64,000 nt of DNA from Batkoa obscura. Taxonomy: Eukaryota. A model generated the notes under the pieces. The model ran no database searches. It worked only from the letters and a program-made list of their open reading frames with translations, and was not told the DNA's origin. The position numbers were made by a program, and so were the translations under genes. The stretch covers positions 558,001 to 622,000 of the forward strand of contig JASVEC010000020.1 in assembly GCA_030770535.1 (NCBI GenBank). The letters run 5' to 3'. Positions 14,910 through 27,400 of this stretch are shown here, piece by piece. Every line of letters begins with the position of its first letter. Within the stretch, counting starts at the first letter, position 1.

Positions 14910-15002
14910 GGGAATGTATTTTTATAAGAATTTTGCTAATAATTTTCCACTCAAATAGTGCTTAAAAAATGGAAAAAGTAATAAAGCCAAAAAAACACCC
15001 CC
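14910..15002 (+). mobile_element. ~100-bp MITE, copy 2
   Basis: GGGAATGTATTTT...AAAAACACCCCC; TSD ATAT/ATAT. Confidence 0.85.
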
Positions 15003-15242
15003 ATATAATAAAATTTCTGAGAAATGCTTCATTTTGATTATACATTTGATTAATTGTTTAATATTAAAGTAGGCTGCTATTTTTTTATAGGCTTAAATAT
15101 TTTTATTTTCGTTTATATTATTAGTAAGCTCATTCTAGAGTGAAATGAGATAAGTGGTTTCTAATACACACGTAGTTATCCAAATAAACATTATTTATAC
15201 AAAACCAACGAGTGTGTATATTTGTACTATTATTATTATTAT

Positions 15243-15917
15243 CTAAAGAAGGAGATTACATAATAAAGAAACAGAAAAAAATAGAGCCAACATCCTATTA
15301 ATAACTGAGCTAACGCTATTTACCGAAGAAGTGCTTGGGCTTAGTTTACTTGAATTCGATTCACCTTGACTTGATACACTTATAGTTGGTCTACTTTGGG
15401 TTGATTCACTTGCGCTTATACTTTGGCTTGTCTGATTTTCCTTCGATTCATCTGTGTTTTTTTTGCTTTTAAATTGTTTGTTACTGTCTTTAAAAATTTT
15501 GCAATAAGAGTCCTAACATATAGAATAAAAGCATTTGTCGAGATCGTTTAAGATCATATCACTGGCTATCGCACCATTAAATCAGCAGTAGCTATCCTTG
15601 CATGTAGTTGTCCCATTTGAACTCTGTTTAAAGTCTTTTTTAAAATCACTAGCCATTAAATTAACATTAAATTCATTTGGTTTATTTGAATTTGGTTTAC
15701 TTTAATATTGTTTGTTGTTTCCTTTGAAAACTTTACAATTAGACTCGTTACAAATAGAATAGAAACATTTATCAAGATTGTTTGAGCTTATATCACTAGC
15801 AATCCAGTCACTGAAGCAGCAAAAATTACCCTCGCATATTACTGGCTCACTCCGATTTGAATTAAAAAATAGACTTAAGCTATTATCTAATAAATCAATA
15901 GTATAGTTCCTACTCAT
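15243..15917 (-). pseudogene. Cys-rich two-repeat protein, copy 2 (full length, three in-frame stops, no frameshift)
   Basis: One frame runs from MSRNYTIDL to ...INRMLALFFSVSLLCNLLL*, interrupted by TAA 15702-15704, TGA 15582-15584 and TAG 15513-15515. Confidence 0.85.
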
Positions 15918-16996
15918 AATATGTATCGTATAGTAAAAGTTAATATTTTATAAAAAACGAAAATTCTTTTATTTATTTTTGACATTTAATGATGTAATAT
16001 AAGAACTGGTTGAATATTTCCCATTAGCTATCATGATCAAAGGATACTTTTACTTTCAGTCAGCGTTGTCACCTGGCTCTTAAATTTAGTGAGGAATTTA
16101 TCAAATTAGTTCTTATTGGGCTATTGTTATACAAAATCAATAAAATTACAAATTTCGAAAATTTACCTTAAAGTTGAATTTTGGAATTATTAAATATAAC
16201 CCTAGGCCAAATCAAAAAATATTTCTTTCAAGTACTTGATAAAATATTATACATAAAGTAAGTCACCATTAGAGCATCATGCCTCTGTTTCATCTTACCA
16301 TACCTGTTTCAGCAGATAGGTCATGTTAAATATGACTTAATAATCCAATTAATAAACTGGTTTAGATGTTTATTCTTAGATAAATACATATGATTTAATT
16401 GGGCCAATTTATACTTTTGTAGTAAAGTGTATAAATAGTCATTTTGTAATAGTAAAATAAAATGGTGTTGGGAGATTCTTATATGTAACTGCTTAGTTTG
16501 TTCGTTATCATAACGGGTCTTCAATCAAGACCTCTGGGAGTACCCAAAGAGCTGAAATGTTATTGATGAAATAAGCTCTATTCTCTAATGTACTGTATTG
16601 TACATTTAGCATTTATTATTTTTGAAATTGTCCTATCAAGATTTAAATTCTATAGTAATATAAAGCTATTAGATTAATCCCGTTTAAATTTCTTGATATA
16701 ATTTTGTAGAACTTTATGAAGAATTAACCATATTATTTTGAAGATTTTATAGTATAAAATAAAAACGTTTACGTTTTTTTATTCTCTAGTATTACATTTG
16801 ATTATTATTAATATGAAAACATGTTGGTAAATATTTACAGTACAAAATAAGGAACTTTGGTTTATAAAATATTATAAGGTAATAATCATTTTGGAAAAAG
16901 GCACCAATTTTTAGCATGATGCATATTATCAAGCTAAACAGAGGATGTTTAGTTACCAAAGTTAGTAAATGTATTATAAAAGCCATTTATTCTCGT

Positions 16997-17635
16997 TTAT
17001 AAAAACAAATTGGATAATAAGGAAAAGCAAAAGAATAAAATCAATTTTCTATTGATTGTTGAGTCGTCTAAATTTGATTTACTCAAGCTTGATTTACTTT
17101 GACTTGATTTATTTATATTCGATTTACTTTGACTTGATTCACTTGTGCTTGATTCAGTTATATCTAGCTTTAAAGGTCGTTGGCTTTCAAACTGATTGTT
17201 ACTTCCTTTAAAAACTTTACAATAAGACTCACTACAAACAGAGTAAAGGCATTTATCGAGATTGTTTAAGATTATATCATTGGTCATTGTATCGCTAAAG
17301 CAGCAGTAATTACCCTTGCATATGGTTGTTCTATCTGAGTTCTGGTTAAGCTCTTTTTGGAGCTCATCAGCAGTTGAATCAATGGTATATTCGTTTGGTT
17401 TATTTAGAATTGGTTTGCTTGGATATTTTTTATCACTTCCTTTAAAAACCTTACAATAAGACTCGTTACAAATAGAATAGAAGCATTTATCAAGATTGTT
17501 TAAGATTATACCACTAATAATCCAGTCCTTGAAACAGCAAAAATTGTTGGTGCATATTATTGGCTCACTTGGATTTTGGTTAAGAAATGATTTTAAATCG
17601 CTGTTGAGTAAATTAATAGTATAATTCCTATCCAT
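16997..17635 (-). CDS. Cys-rich two-repeat protein, copy 3 (intact, 212 aa), Ser-rich stalk and hydrophobic C-terminus; function unknown
   Basis: Two ~68-aa repeats YTI...IC..N(F/Y)CCF.D.....IILNNLDKC.YS.C.ESYCKVFKGS, followed by an S/Q/K-rich region and RKLILFFCFSLLSNLFL*. Confidence 0.85.
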   Translation of the reverse strand: MDRNYTINLLNSDLKSFLNQNPSEPIICTNNFCCFKDWIISGIILNNLDKCFYSICNESYCKVFKGSDKKYPSKPILNKPNEYTIDSTADELQKELNQNSDRTTICKGNYCCFSDTMTNDIILNNLDKCLYSVCSESYCKVFKGSNNQFESQRPLKLDITESSTSESSQSKSNINKSSQSKSSLSKSNLDDSTINRKLILFFCFSLLSNLFL

Positions 17636-18990
17636 ACTATGTATTGTATAGCAAAGGCTAACGTTAAAAAAAAGATTTTCAAGCTATTGTGTTCCTTGTT
17701 AAATGTGTCCCTGACTTACCCCATTGCCCCACCTGTTTGCCATAAGTAACCAATCATCTCACTCAACCAAACTTTAGCCTTCAAATTTCTTCCCTTAGAA
17801 TAGCCACCATCAAGATAAAGAGGTTAGCTAACTGTTGTGCTGCATGATAAAAATGCTCATATTGTACATGTAGAAAACAGACAACCAAATTCAGTTTAAA
17901 TTTGTAAAAATTTTAACCTTTTATCAGACATTCTAAATTTTCCTTGCTCAAATGGATCATGATTTCAAGCTCTTTTATACAATTAAATTTATATTTTTTA
18001 AAATTCAATATTCAAAGGATTAATTTAATTTAATTTAAAAGCTATTTTTGAATAATCAACTATAAGTTAGTATTTAATAATAGTTAAAAGTAGTTTTTAC
18101 TTGATTAACTGGACATAGATTGAAAAACCTTAGTTTATGTAGTTAAGATAAATTTAAGTTAATAAAAATAGTATATAATAAGTCATAGATTATGTAAAAT
18201 AAGTAATATTATCATAAAATTTATATAAAATACTACAATATTAAAAAATAATTTGGTAGAAAGCCTTGAATTGTTAATTGTTATATTAAGAATTTTTTAA
18301 TATTCTAACTAGGTGGCTATATATAAAAAGCATGATAGCAGTTATTTTTTATTATAATTGCTAAATATAAATACTAAAATACAAAAATAATATTTTTTAT
18401 AGCAAACTTAAATAAAAAATTTTAAACTAATTATACCTGAATATGAAAACACAACAACTTTTGATAGTAAAATCATTTAGAGCTAATTAAATTTACTATA
18501 TGCGAATGTTTTTTTGATTCCATTACTTTTGTGAAATCTGGTACTCAGTGATTGGAGTCAAAAACAGCTATTGACTGGTTGACTACACTGTAAGTCGAAA
18601 GGTCTTAGTTTATGTGACTAAGATAGACTTGGATTATGAGGAATAGCACGTAATAGGTTACAAGCTATATAAGACAAATAGAATAGACAATACTAATTTA
18701 AGATCTACGTAAAATACTATTAAGAAAACTTAGTGATTTTATCAAATGTACCAGATATCAGAGAATAACTCAGTTAAAAACCCTCCAGGTACTGTGTTTT
18801 GGAATCTTTTTTATACTCCAATAAGTATACATATCAAAACAAAGGGGGAATATTCTTTGAGACGAAGATAGAAATTCTCATATCAAATCAAACTAAGAAC
18901 GTGGGATTGATTTTCTCTGAACTCGAGAACACAACAGCTTAGACGATTATTATGCTATAATTAACCATGGGACTGACAAAGCGATATTTT

Positions 18991-19737
18991 ACAACATAAC
19001 AATAAACTACATTGTTATCCAGTATCTGATACATAAAAAAAAGCGATATAGTTCCAATTAAAGTTATGGAGTCTATAGAAAATACAAAAATTAAAAGATC
19101 AATCCCAGCTTATCTTGCGAAAATAACAGAGAATTTAAAATTTTCGATATTTACCAAGCAAGTAAGTAGTTTGTTAAATGATAGAAATAGACTATTAAAT
19201 GTTAATATTACTTAAGTTATTAATAGCCAAGTTAATAAATGGTCAAAGAGAAAGTAATAATAATAAGTAAAAACTATCACCATATTACTTGTATTACATA
19301 GGAATAATTAATCATAGTTCTGAGGCTAACCACTCCCCCTCATGCAACTATTTATTAACTTGGTGGTATATTAACAATGTAATTATAACATTGAAGTAGT
19401 ATTTATTTAATAGCAAATCTGTAATGTTGGCTGTAAAGCAGTCAATAATAAACATGTCTCAATAAAGTTTTATAAGGACATGCACTTGTTTAGATATTAC
19501 AACTTCGGCTGATATTAATATATAGTATATTGGTAAAAGCCTTGTTAATCTGGGAATTTTTGTTAGATCTAGCAGAAATTTAGCTAGCATATAGTATAAA
19601 CTACAATAAAATAACTTAGAACTGTGTCGAATACTTTTGCTTTTTAATAAAAATTTGTTTTGTAGAATTTCAAGCAGCTTTTAAAATACAAAATATTCAA
19701 AAATTAGATAAAAAATGAAAATAACTTGGACATTCCC
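18991..19737 (+). mobile_element. Decayed 3' fragment of the transposon at 52500-54954
   Basis: Colinear with 54281-54954: the transposase C-terminus (HNNKLHCYPVSDT*...SIPAYL.KITENLK.SIFTKQVSSLLNDRNRLLNV), the 3' non-coding region and the terminus ...GGACATTCCC followed by ATAT. Confidence 0.9.
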
Positions 19738-19980
19738 ATATGGTTTTTTTTGATCCTTATCAATAAGTACTATATTTGATTATCCATTGATAGCAATGTA
19801 GATTTTTATCCTTTTATATATCAAAACAGCGTCTTTATTCTTATAAAAAAGGTATATGGTCGATATATTTCGAAAAAGGAAAACAAATCATTATTACTTA
19901 AAATAAAGTAAAGTGGAAATTGAATTCAAATTGTTATTAGTTACATAAAATCAATAAAAGGACACATTTAACAATTATAT

Positions 19981-20636
19981 TTAAAGAAGGATGTTTGACA
20001 ATAGAGAAAGCGAAAAAAGTAACATTCGCTTTTGATTAATCATCCAATTATTGAAATTTACCGAAGAGGAGCTAGAATTCGATTTATTTGAACTTGGTTT
20101 TGATTCTTCCAATTTTACTTGACTTCTATTAGATTTATTTACTATTAGTCCGCTAAATTGTTGATTTTTTCCATTAAAACTATTACAAAAGGACTCATTA
20201 CAAATGGAACAAAAGCATTTATCGAAATTATTTCGAATTATATCACTAGTCATATCATCTCGAGAGTGACAATAGTTATTATGACATAGAGCTGTTTCAG
20301 TTGAACTTTAATTAAAGTAGTTATTAAAGCTATCGAATGATAAATTTATAGTATAGTTTTTTGACTATTTGCCTTTAAACTATCATGATTCAATGTATTA
20401 ACATTGGGTTTGCTTTCAAATTGTTGCCTATTTCCTTTAAAAATTTTACAATAAGATTGATTACAAATAGAATAAACTCATTTATCAAGATTACTCATAG
20501 CTGTATTGTTAACCGTTTTATTACCAAAGTAGCAGAAAGTTTCATTACACATTGTTGGTTCTGTTGGACTTCGGTTAAAATAGCTATGTAAGTCATAAGC
20601 TGCTAAATAAATAGTATAATATTTATTTCTAGTCAT
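19981..20636 (-). pseudogene. Cys-rich two-repeat protein, copy 4 (TGA, frameshift, TAA)
   Basis: MTRNKYYTIYL...MCNETFCYFG...NLDK*VYSICNQSYCKIFKG has TGA at 20478-20480. A frameshift near 20360 and a TAA near 20308-20310 precede the second repeat and hydrophobic tail. Confidence 0.8.
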
Positions 20637-21124
20637 GTTTTTGAGTAAGCTGCTGATGTTTCTTATAAAAGATTTTTAGTTCGGTTTATACATTTGATGG
20701 TATAGTACATAATATATCAACTAATTAAATAGAGTATTATATTTATTACTTTTAATATAATATTTTTTAGTAAAATTCTTAAATACAAAACACATTTCCA
20801 TATGACTTTAAAGCTAAAATTGCCAAATTAAGATCTTATACAGCAATTATATTTGATAGTATTCTTAGCACATTATGCTTATTAAGAACTTTTATTGTAC
20901 AGACTTAAAAGCAAATTTAAAGTGTTCCACAAAGTAAAAATAAACAGCTTGAAAATTTATAGCCAAAATTGTTAGGATTAGATATAAATTCTCAATTTAC
21001 ATTGTAATATTTAAATTTTTGGATATTTGGTGAATTTTTTTTATTTCAGCTTGTTGAAATTCAGTTAAAACAAGTGTGATATGTTAAAAGCACTGTATTT
21101 TTGTTATTATAGAAATCAATTTTA

Positions 21125-22114
21125 TTAACAAACATTTCTATGGTTAAAATTAATAAAATATTCTTTATGCGTATCTCTACTTAAATATGCAATCGATACT
21201 TTTTGAGAACAATCAGGATCTTCAAAGTAAGAAGAATCACATTGAATAGCATTACCATCTTTATCAATAAAGATTTCATTATTAAAGTGGATATAATTAT
21301 ATACAATATAAGAAGGGAAACGAGGTACCTCATCATAATAGTTAGCCACTCTTGAGCTATGGAATTGATGGCTATTGAAATTTTGAACAAACTCATAATT
21401 TCCAACTCTAGGTTGTCCATAAGTAAACAAATACAATTTATCTTCATTTAATTGTAACTTGGATTGAATGTCTAGTATCATTAAACTAGCTAATGCACCA
21501 CCTAGTGAATGCCCATAAAGTTTTAATTTATAATTTTTGTATTGTTCTTGTTTATATAAATCTGCCAATTTTGATATTATATTTTGTGAAACCGAATCTA
21601 TACTCATTTTATAGCCAAGATGAACCTTAAGTGATGGATAATTTGAATCAAGTGGAGTGGATTGAAAAAGATAATTCATAAATTGATTTGTTAAAGTTGT
21701 AGAGCCACGAAAGATTAATCTAAAGATATTTTCCTGTTCGTCTTTTACAAGGATTGCAAAAACTTCCATTTTATGGCTATAAAAAGAAGTTAAAAATACA
21801 TTATTGGGAACTAATAAGCATGATTGACATTTCCATTCTTTTAGCAGATTTTGGTTACATGGTGCCACTGAAGCATAAATAGCACCTTCTTGGATTTCTT
21901 CAATAGTATTATTTCTAAGTTTACTAGTTACTTTGCTAGTTGCTGTTTTCTTTTTCTTTATAAATCGATTCTTTAATATCATTCTTAGCAGGGATAAATG
22001 ACTTAAATTGTATCTTGCACTTAAGCTTCTTGCCTCTTCATCTGGACTAAAATCCACCTGGATTGTGATTTGTATTACTAAAATTAAATAGAAAATAATG
22101 GACTTAACTAACAT
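21125..22114 (-). CDS. Secreted class-3 (Lipase_3) lipase, subfamily A, 329 aa
   Basis: Signal peptide, FRGS, VHLGY, GHSLGG, TYGQPRVGN, DEVPRFP and a C-terminal His. Intronless. Confidence 0.92.
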   Translation of the reverse strand: MLVKSIIFYLILVIQITIQVDFSPDEEARSLSARYNLSHLSLLRMILKNRFIKKKKTATSKVTSKLRNNTIEEIQEGAIYASVAPCNQNLLKEWKCQSCLLVPNNVFLTSFYSHKMEVFAILVKDEQENIFRLIFRGSTTLTNQFMNYLFQSTPLDSNYPSLKVHLGYKMSIDSVSQNIISKLADLYKQEQYKNYKLKLYGHSLGGALASLMILDIQSKLQLNEDKLYLFTYGQPRVGNYEFVQNFNSHQFHSSRVANYYDEVPRFPSYIVYNYIHFNNEIFIDKDGNAIQCDSSYFEDPDCSQKVSIAYLSRDTHKEYFINFNHRNVC

Positions 22115-23003
22115 TTCTTAAATATTTTTATTGTTGAATTTATTTTTATATAGTTCTATTAATGATCAAGTATTTTAATTGATGATTTATTTAAATTAAA
22201 TTGAATTAAACTAACACTAATATTAATATAGTTCTCAATCAAATGATGAACATCGAGAATTTCCAACTCACATACCTGTCAAAAAAGTATTAGATCAATT
22301 TTCTCAACTATTTTTTTTGGAGAAAACTATACCCGTTGTAAATCGTGTATATGACTTGTTAAAATCTTCATTTCGATTTTTAATCTAAATTGAGAATTAA
22401 GTGTTATATTGCAAAAATGTTTTTTACTCAATTTTAAAATAACTTGGATAAAGTAGAGTGTTTTTTTCATTTCATCACTTTTTTGTTTTTAAGTACAGTT
22501 TGAGAGGAGAGATTTTGATAAATTAAGCAAAAAAAAACCCAGATTGTTTTTTTATTCAATTTTAGTTCACACTTTGTTTAAAATTGATGCTACATAAAAA
22601 ATGAACAAAAATAATCAACATTCAAATTTAGCTATGATTATAGTATTTAACATTTAACAATATTTATTTAAAACTTTAATGATCAATAGTATTTTAATTT
22701 ATACTCGATAAAATTAAGATGACCAAATGTGGATTTGATCCTTTTTTTAGAATAAAACTGAAGATAATAATACTAAATTTTAAATATATTAAACTAACTC
22801 CTATCTACTTCGGTATAAGATTTTCAACAAAACAAACAGCCATTTTTATAAAAAAAAAAAACTTTTTGTTCTAAAAATTTATTAGGAAATCATAAAACAA
22901 TCACTCAAATTTCATCAAATTTCTTAAAATCTCTATAAAAAAACAACCTAATCAATTATTAACGTCATCCAACTGCTTTATTCATTATTTATTTTCCTTT
23001 TGT

Positions 23004-23034
<31 letters not shown>

Positions 23035-23036
23035 AT
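23004..23036 (+). repeat. (TTTATAC)n heptamer tandem repeat abutting the DNA2 stop codon
   Basis: The sequence tttatac tttatac tttatac tttatac tttat is visible directly. Confidence 0.85.
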
Positions 23037-24411
23037 CCAATCAACGCTCCTTCGAGTTTACAAAATTCTAAAAACTCTTTTAGCTTTTTATCTCCTTTCA
23101 ACGTTCTTTTCGACCCGATTATGATCAACTTTTTCTTCGCTCGAGTCAATGCCACATTGATTCTTCTCCAATCTTTTAACAAAAAACCCAACTCTTCTGT
23201 ATCATTATTCCGAACTGCAGAAAACAAAATTAAATCAAATTCTAATCCTTGGACTTTATCAATTGTAAATAGATTCTTTATTTCCAAATTACGACTCAAG
23301 AGTTGTGAGCTAATGGCTGCTAATTGAGCTTTATAAATGGATAATAAAGCCAAATTATTGAAATTAAAGTTTTGCTTCTTTAATTCTAATAAGAGGATGA
23401 TTATTATTTTAATTTCTACTTTATTAACTATTGATTTCTTTTTTTTACTCTCTTGACAATTAAGAAATTGATCTGTATTTAAAAATATCACTGATTGATT
23501 ACTATCAAATACTCGACTAATTAAACATTTTTTAGAACATACAAAATGTTCGTTTGGTAATTTAATTAATGTGTTATTACTATTAATTAATTCACATTCA
23601 ACTTCCTTATCCCATTCCTTATTTTGATCTATCAATTCCAGCTTCGCCTCCAACACCTTCTTATTATTACATTTCAACTTTCCTTCATACGTTAACGAAT
23701 TAGTTAATTTCATAATCCCTAAATTCATTCTATATTGATAACTCAACATAATTACATTATCTCCTTTTTCATCCTCTCTTACTCCTTCGTTCTTTTCTTT
23801 TTTCAATAGCCAGTGAAATAAACTCATTTCCATTCCCTTCTTTTTTGCCTTAATATTCCTTACTATAGGTGGTAATTGATATGGGTCTCCAATTAACAAA
23901 AATTTATCACTTTTTAGCAAACCACCTACACTTAACGGTAAATTGATTTGCGTGGCTTCATCTAATATACAATAATTAAATTGAAAATAATTGATTATTT
24001 TATCTTTCAATCCAATACAAGTTGATATTATAATTCTCGTACTTTCCAACACTTTTCTTATACTACCTTCTTCTAGGGCTTTATTATTAAATGAATATTT
24101 TATCACTTCCAAATCCATTTTACTTTCATTACCTAATCTCAGTATTCCTTTAACATTTAATCTATGTAACTTCTTTAATATTCCATCGACAGCTGAATTT
24201 GTATGTGAAGTTATTAATATTTTTGTATCCTTATTAAGTTTTATTAATATATAAATAACTATACTAATCCATGTACTTTTTCCTGTTCCTGGCATACCTA
24301 TTATTAAATAATATTGTTTCATATTTAATATTTTTATTAATCCATTATATTGATCAGCATTTAATTGAATGGGCAATTCTGATATTATTTGGTCAATATA
24401 ATTGATATCAA

Positions 24412-24445
<34 letters not shown>

Positions 24446-27400
24446 CATACTATTGTTATTATTTAATATCAAATCCTTAATATTGTTATTATCACTTCTA
24501 TTATCATTTTCTTCCTCATAAATAATTAAATCTCTTAACTTGATTAAATTATCTTCATGACCCATCAGTAAACCAATCAAATTACTCCTCAATAAATGAA
24601 AATAACTAACATTTTCATTTTTAATCATCTTCAACTTTATATCTTTAAAATTCATTATGTCCTTTTCAATTTGAATTTGAATTTCTTTTTCATTAATATT
24701 TCGAATGTTTCCCATAAAAGTTAGCTTTTGAAATTCATCTTGTAATAAAATAGATTCCCCGATTTCAATCTCTTTATCTTTTATTTGGTTTTTAATAGTT
24801 ATTAAATATTCTTGTTGATTTGGTAATATTATATCTTCAATATCATCATTATTCTTTATTTTATTATAACTATTTTTATTACTATTTATTGTTTCACAAT
24901 TTAAAACATTAATTTTATTGATTAAAATTCCATCAATAGAATTGAATTCCTCTCCTTTAATAAACTGATATTTTTCATTTAATAACTGACCTTCTTCTAA
25001 ATTAATAAATAAATTCCAATAATTAAAAAATTTCATTTCTTTTTTTTTTAAATGATTTAATTGGTTCTCCATCAATTCTATTAAGCCTTCATCTTTAATT
25101 TCATTATTATTATTATTATTGTCTTCTATTTTATAATATAAAAAACAAGTTTGATTTAACGAACAATTTTGACAGTTAAATTTGTTATTTAATAAATTAC
25201 CAAAATTGATATTTTCATTCTTACCATCCCACTGCTTTAACTTAACTATTAATTCATTTCTCTTAAATAATATCAATTTAATCTCTTCAAAATTATAATT
25301 TATTAGTTTCATTTCTTCTTTTTCTTTTTCATTAAAATAATATAGATATCCTTGATTAATTTCTTCTTTGTTATCTTCTTTTATTTCATTCATTAATAAT
25401 TGATATAATAGTAATTGTGCTTGATGATTGATTGATACTTTATTTTTTCCTGTTTTAAATTCTATTGGTAATCTACTTGCTATATTCCTATCAGTTATTC
25501 CCTTACTCATATTAAAGTACTTTACTATTTTATTTTCCTTTTTATTTTCATTAACATTTAGAATAATATCCACTTTACCCTTCAATCCTAATTGCATTGA
25601 AACAATACTTTCTTCAACTAAAACATTATCAGTACTCAACTTAATACCTACTGAATTCTCCCCGTCCCCCAAATAATTTTTAAAAAAATTCAAAAATCTT
25701 CCAACTTGTTTTAATAATTCTAAATAAATTTCATTTTCACTAAAATTATTTAAAATAATTTCTAATTGTTTGTTTTGAACACATATTTTCATAATTAGCT
25801 GAATTTCTTCTTCTTGAAATTTTTGATATTTTAAACAAGTTTGTAATACATCATGTAATAGAATACCCATTAACATAGAATAAATTTGTTTTTTATTAGT
25901 TTCTAATTGATAAACCTTTATAGTCAACAGTGATCTTCGTGAACATGAAAATGCATCTGCTAAATGAGTCGTATTAATTAATAATTTTGGAAACAATATC
26001 AAATAGTTTTTATTATTTTTATCATTATTAATAATATAAAAATGGTGTTGATTTTTTTCTACATGAATTAAGATTTGATCTCCGGTTTTAATGTTTAATT
26101 GTTTCCATTCTTGTTGTAATTCAATTTCAATTAATCCTTCTTTACTATTTTGTTTTCCAAATATAATTTTACTATCTTTATTAATTAAATTATAATATTC
26201 TGTTACAATCAAGTCCAGTTTAATAAATTCTATATTTTAGAAAATAAATTAAAATAGTCAGATTACTTTTATAATATTAAACTTTACCTTTCCTTCTCTC
26301 AACTTTTAGCTTTTTATTAACTTGATCATCTAACTTAATTTATTAGTTTAAAAAGTAATAAAGTATACAGTAATAAAATAATCTACTTTACCTTGTTTAT
26401 TATTATTATTATCATTAGTATTACTATTGCTATTGATAGGAGGATCAAACTTGCTAATATTAGCTAAAAAAGCTTCATCTTCCGATGAAGAATCCAATAA
26501 AAAAGTAGTATTTATTGATTGCGTGTTATTAGCACTGTTAATTTTATTATTGTTTGCATCATTGTTATTGATCGAGAAACTGTTATTAATCAATGAAGTA
26601 TTGTTAATACTATTGATCATATTATTATTAACTGTATTGTTAATAAGGTTATTATTCATATTATTATTACTTAATCCACTCCTATTCAGTCTACCATTGT
26701 TCACCATACTATTCTCACCACCATTCCTCCTAATATTATTATTTGTGCTATTGTTGGTAACACTATTGCTCTTACTTTTAAGAATCTTATTATCATTTAA
26801 ATCACACTTCAATAAATTTGTTCTATTAATGTTATTGTCACTTTCTTTATTTTGAATAAAACTACCAATTGTTGAATTTTTATTTTTATTCATTATAATA
26901 TCGTTATCTACTTGAGATAAAAAAATAGTAAGTGCATCATCATCTGAAGATAGTAAATCATCACTCCCAATAGTAATATTATTTATACTTGTATTATTAT
27001 TACTATTTTCATTATTTATACTACTCCCAATACTATTCCTATTATTAACATTATATCCCCTATTAATACTATTCTTATTACTAATACTAGTTACATTATT
27101 AACACTACTTCTATTATGTTTGCTATTCACACTACTAATACTATCTCTATCACCAATACTATACTCTCTATTAATACTAATCTTATTTCCGTCTCTCTCT
27201 TTTTCCTTGATAATTTTGACTGTACTTAATTCCAACCTAACTTTTTCTGTTAAACTTTGTTTTCTAATTAGTTCTTCACTTTTCCTTTCGTTGTCTTTTT
27301 CATCTTTACTATTTTTACCGTTATAGCTATCGACTTGAGTTAGCCAGTTAGTAGTGGCATCGTCATCTGAAGAGATACAAAAGAATTCTTCACTTAACTC

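Noticed and set aside
16321..16986. Two short ORFs between Cys-rich copies 2 and 3 (also 29099-29287, 42740-42943, 60452-60955)
   Set aside because: They have low-complexity AT-driven composition with no motifs and no convincing splice structure.
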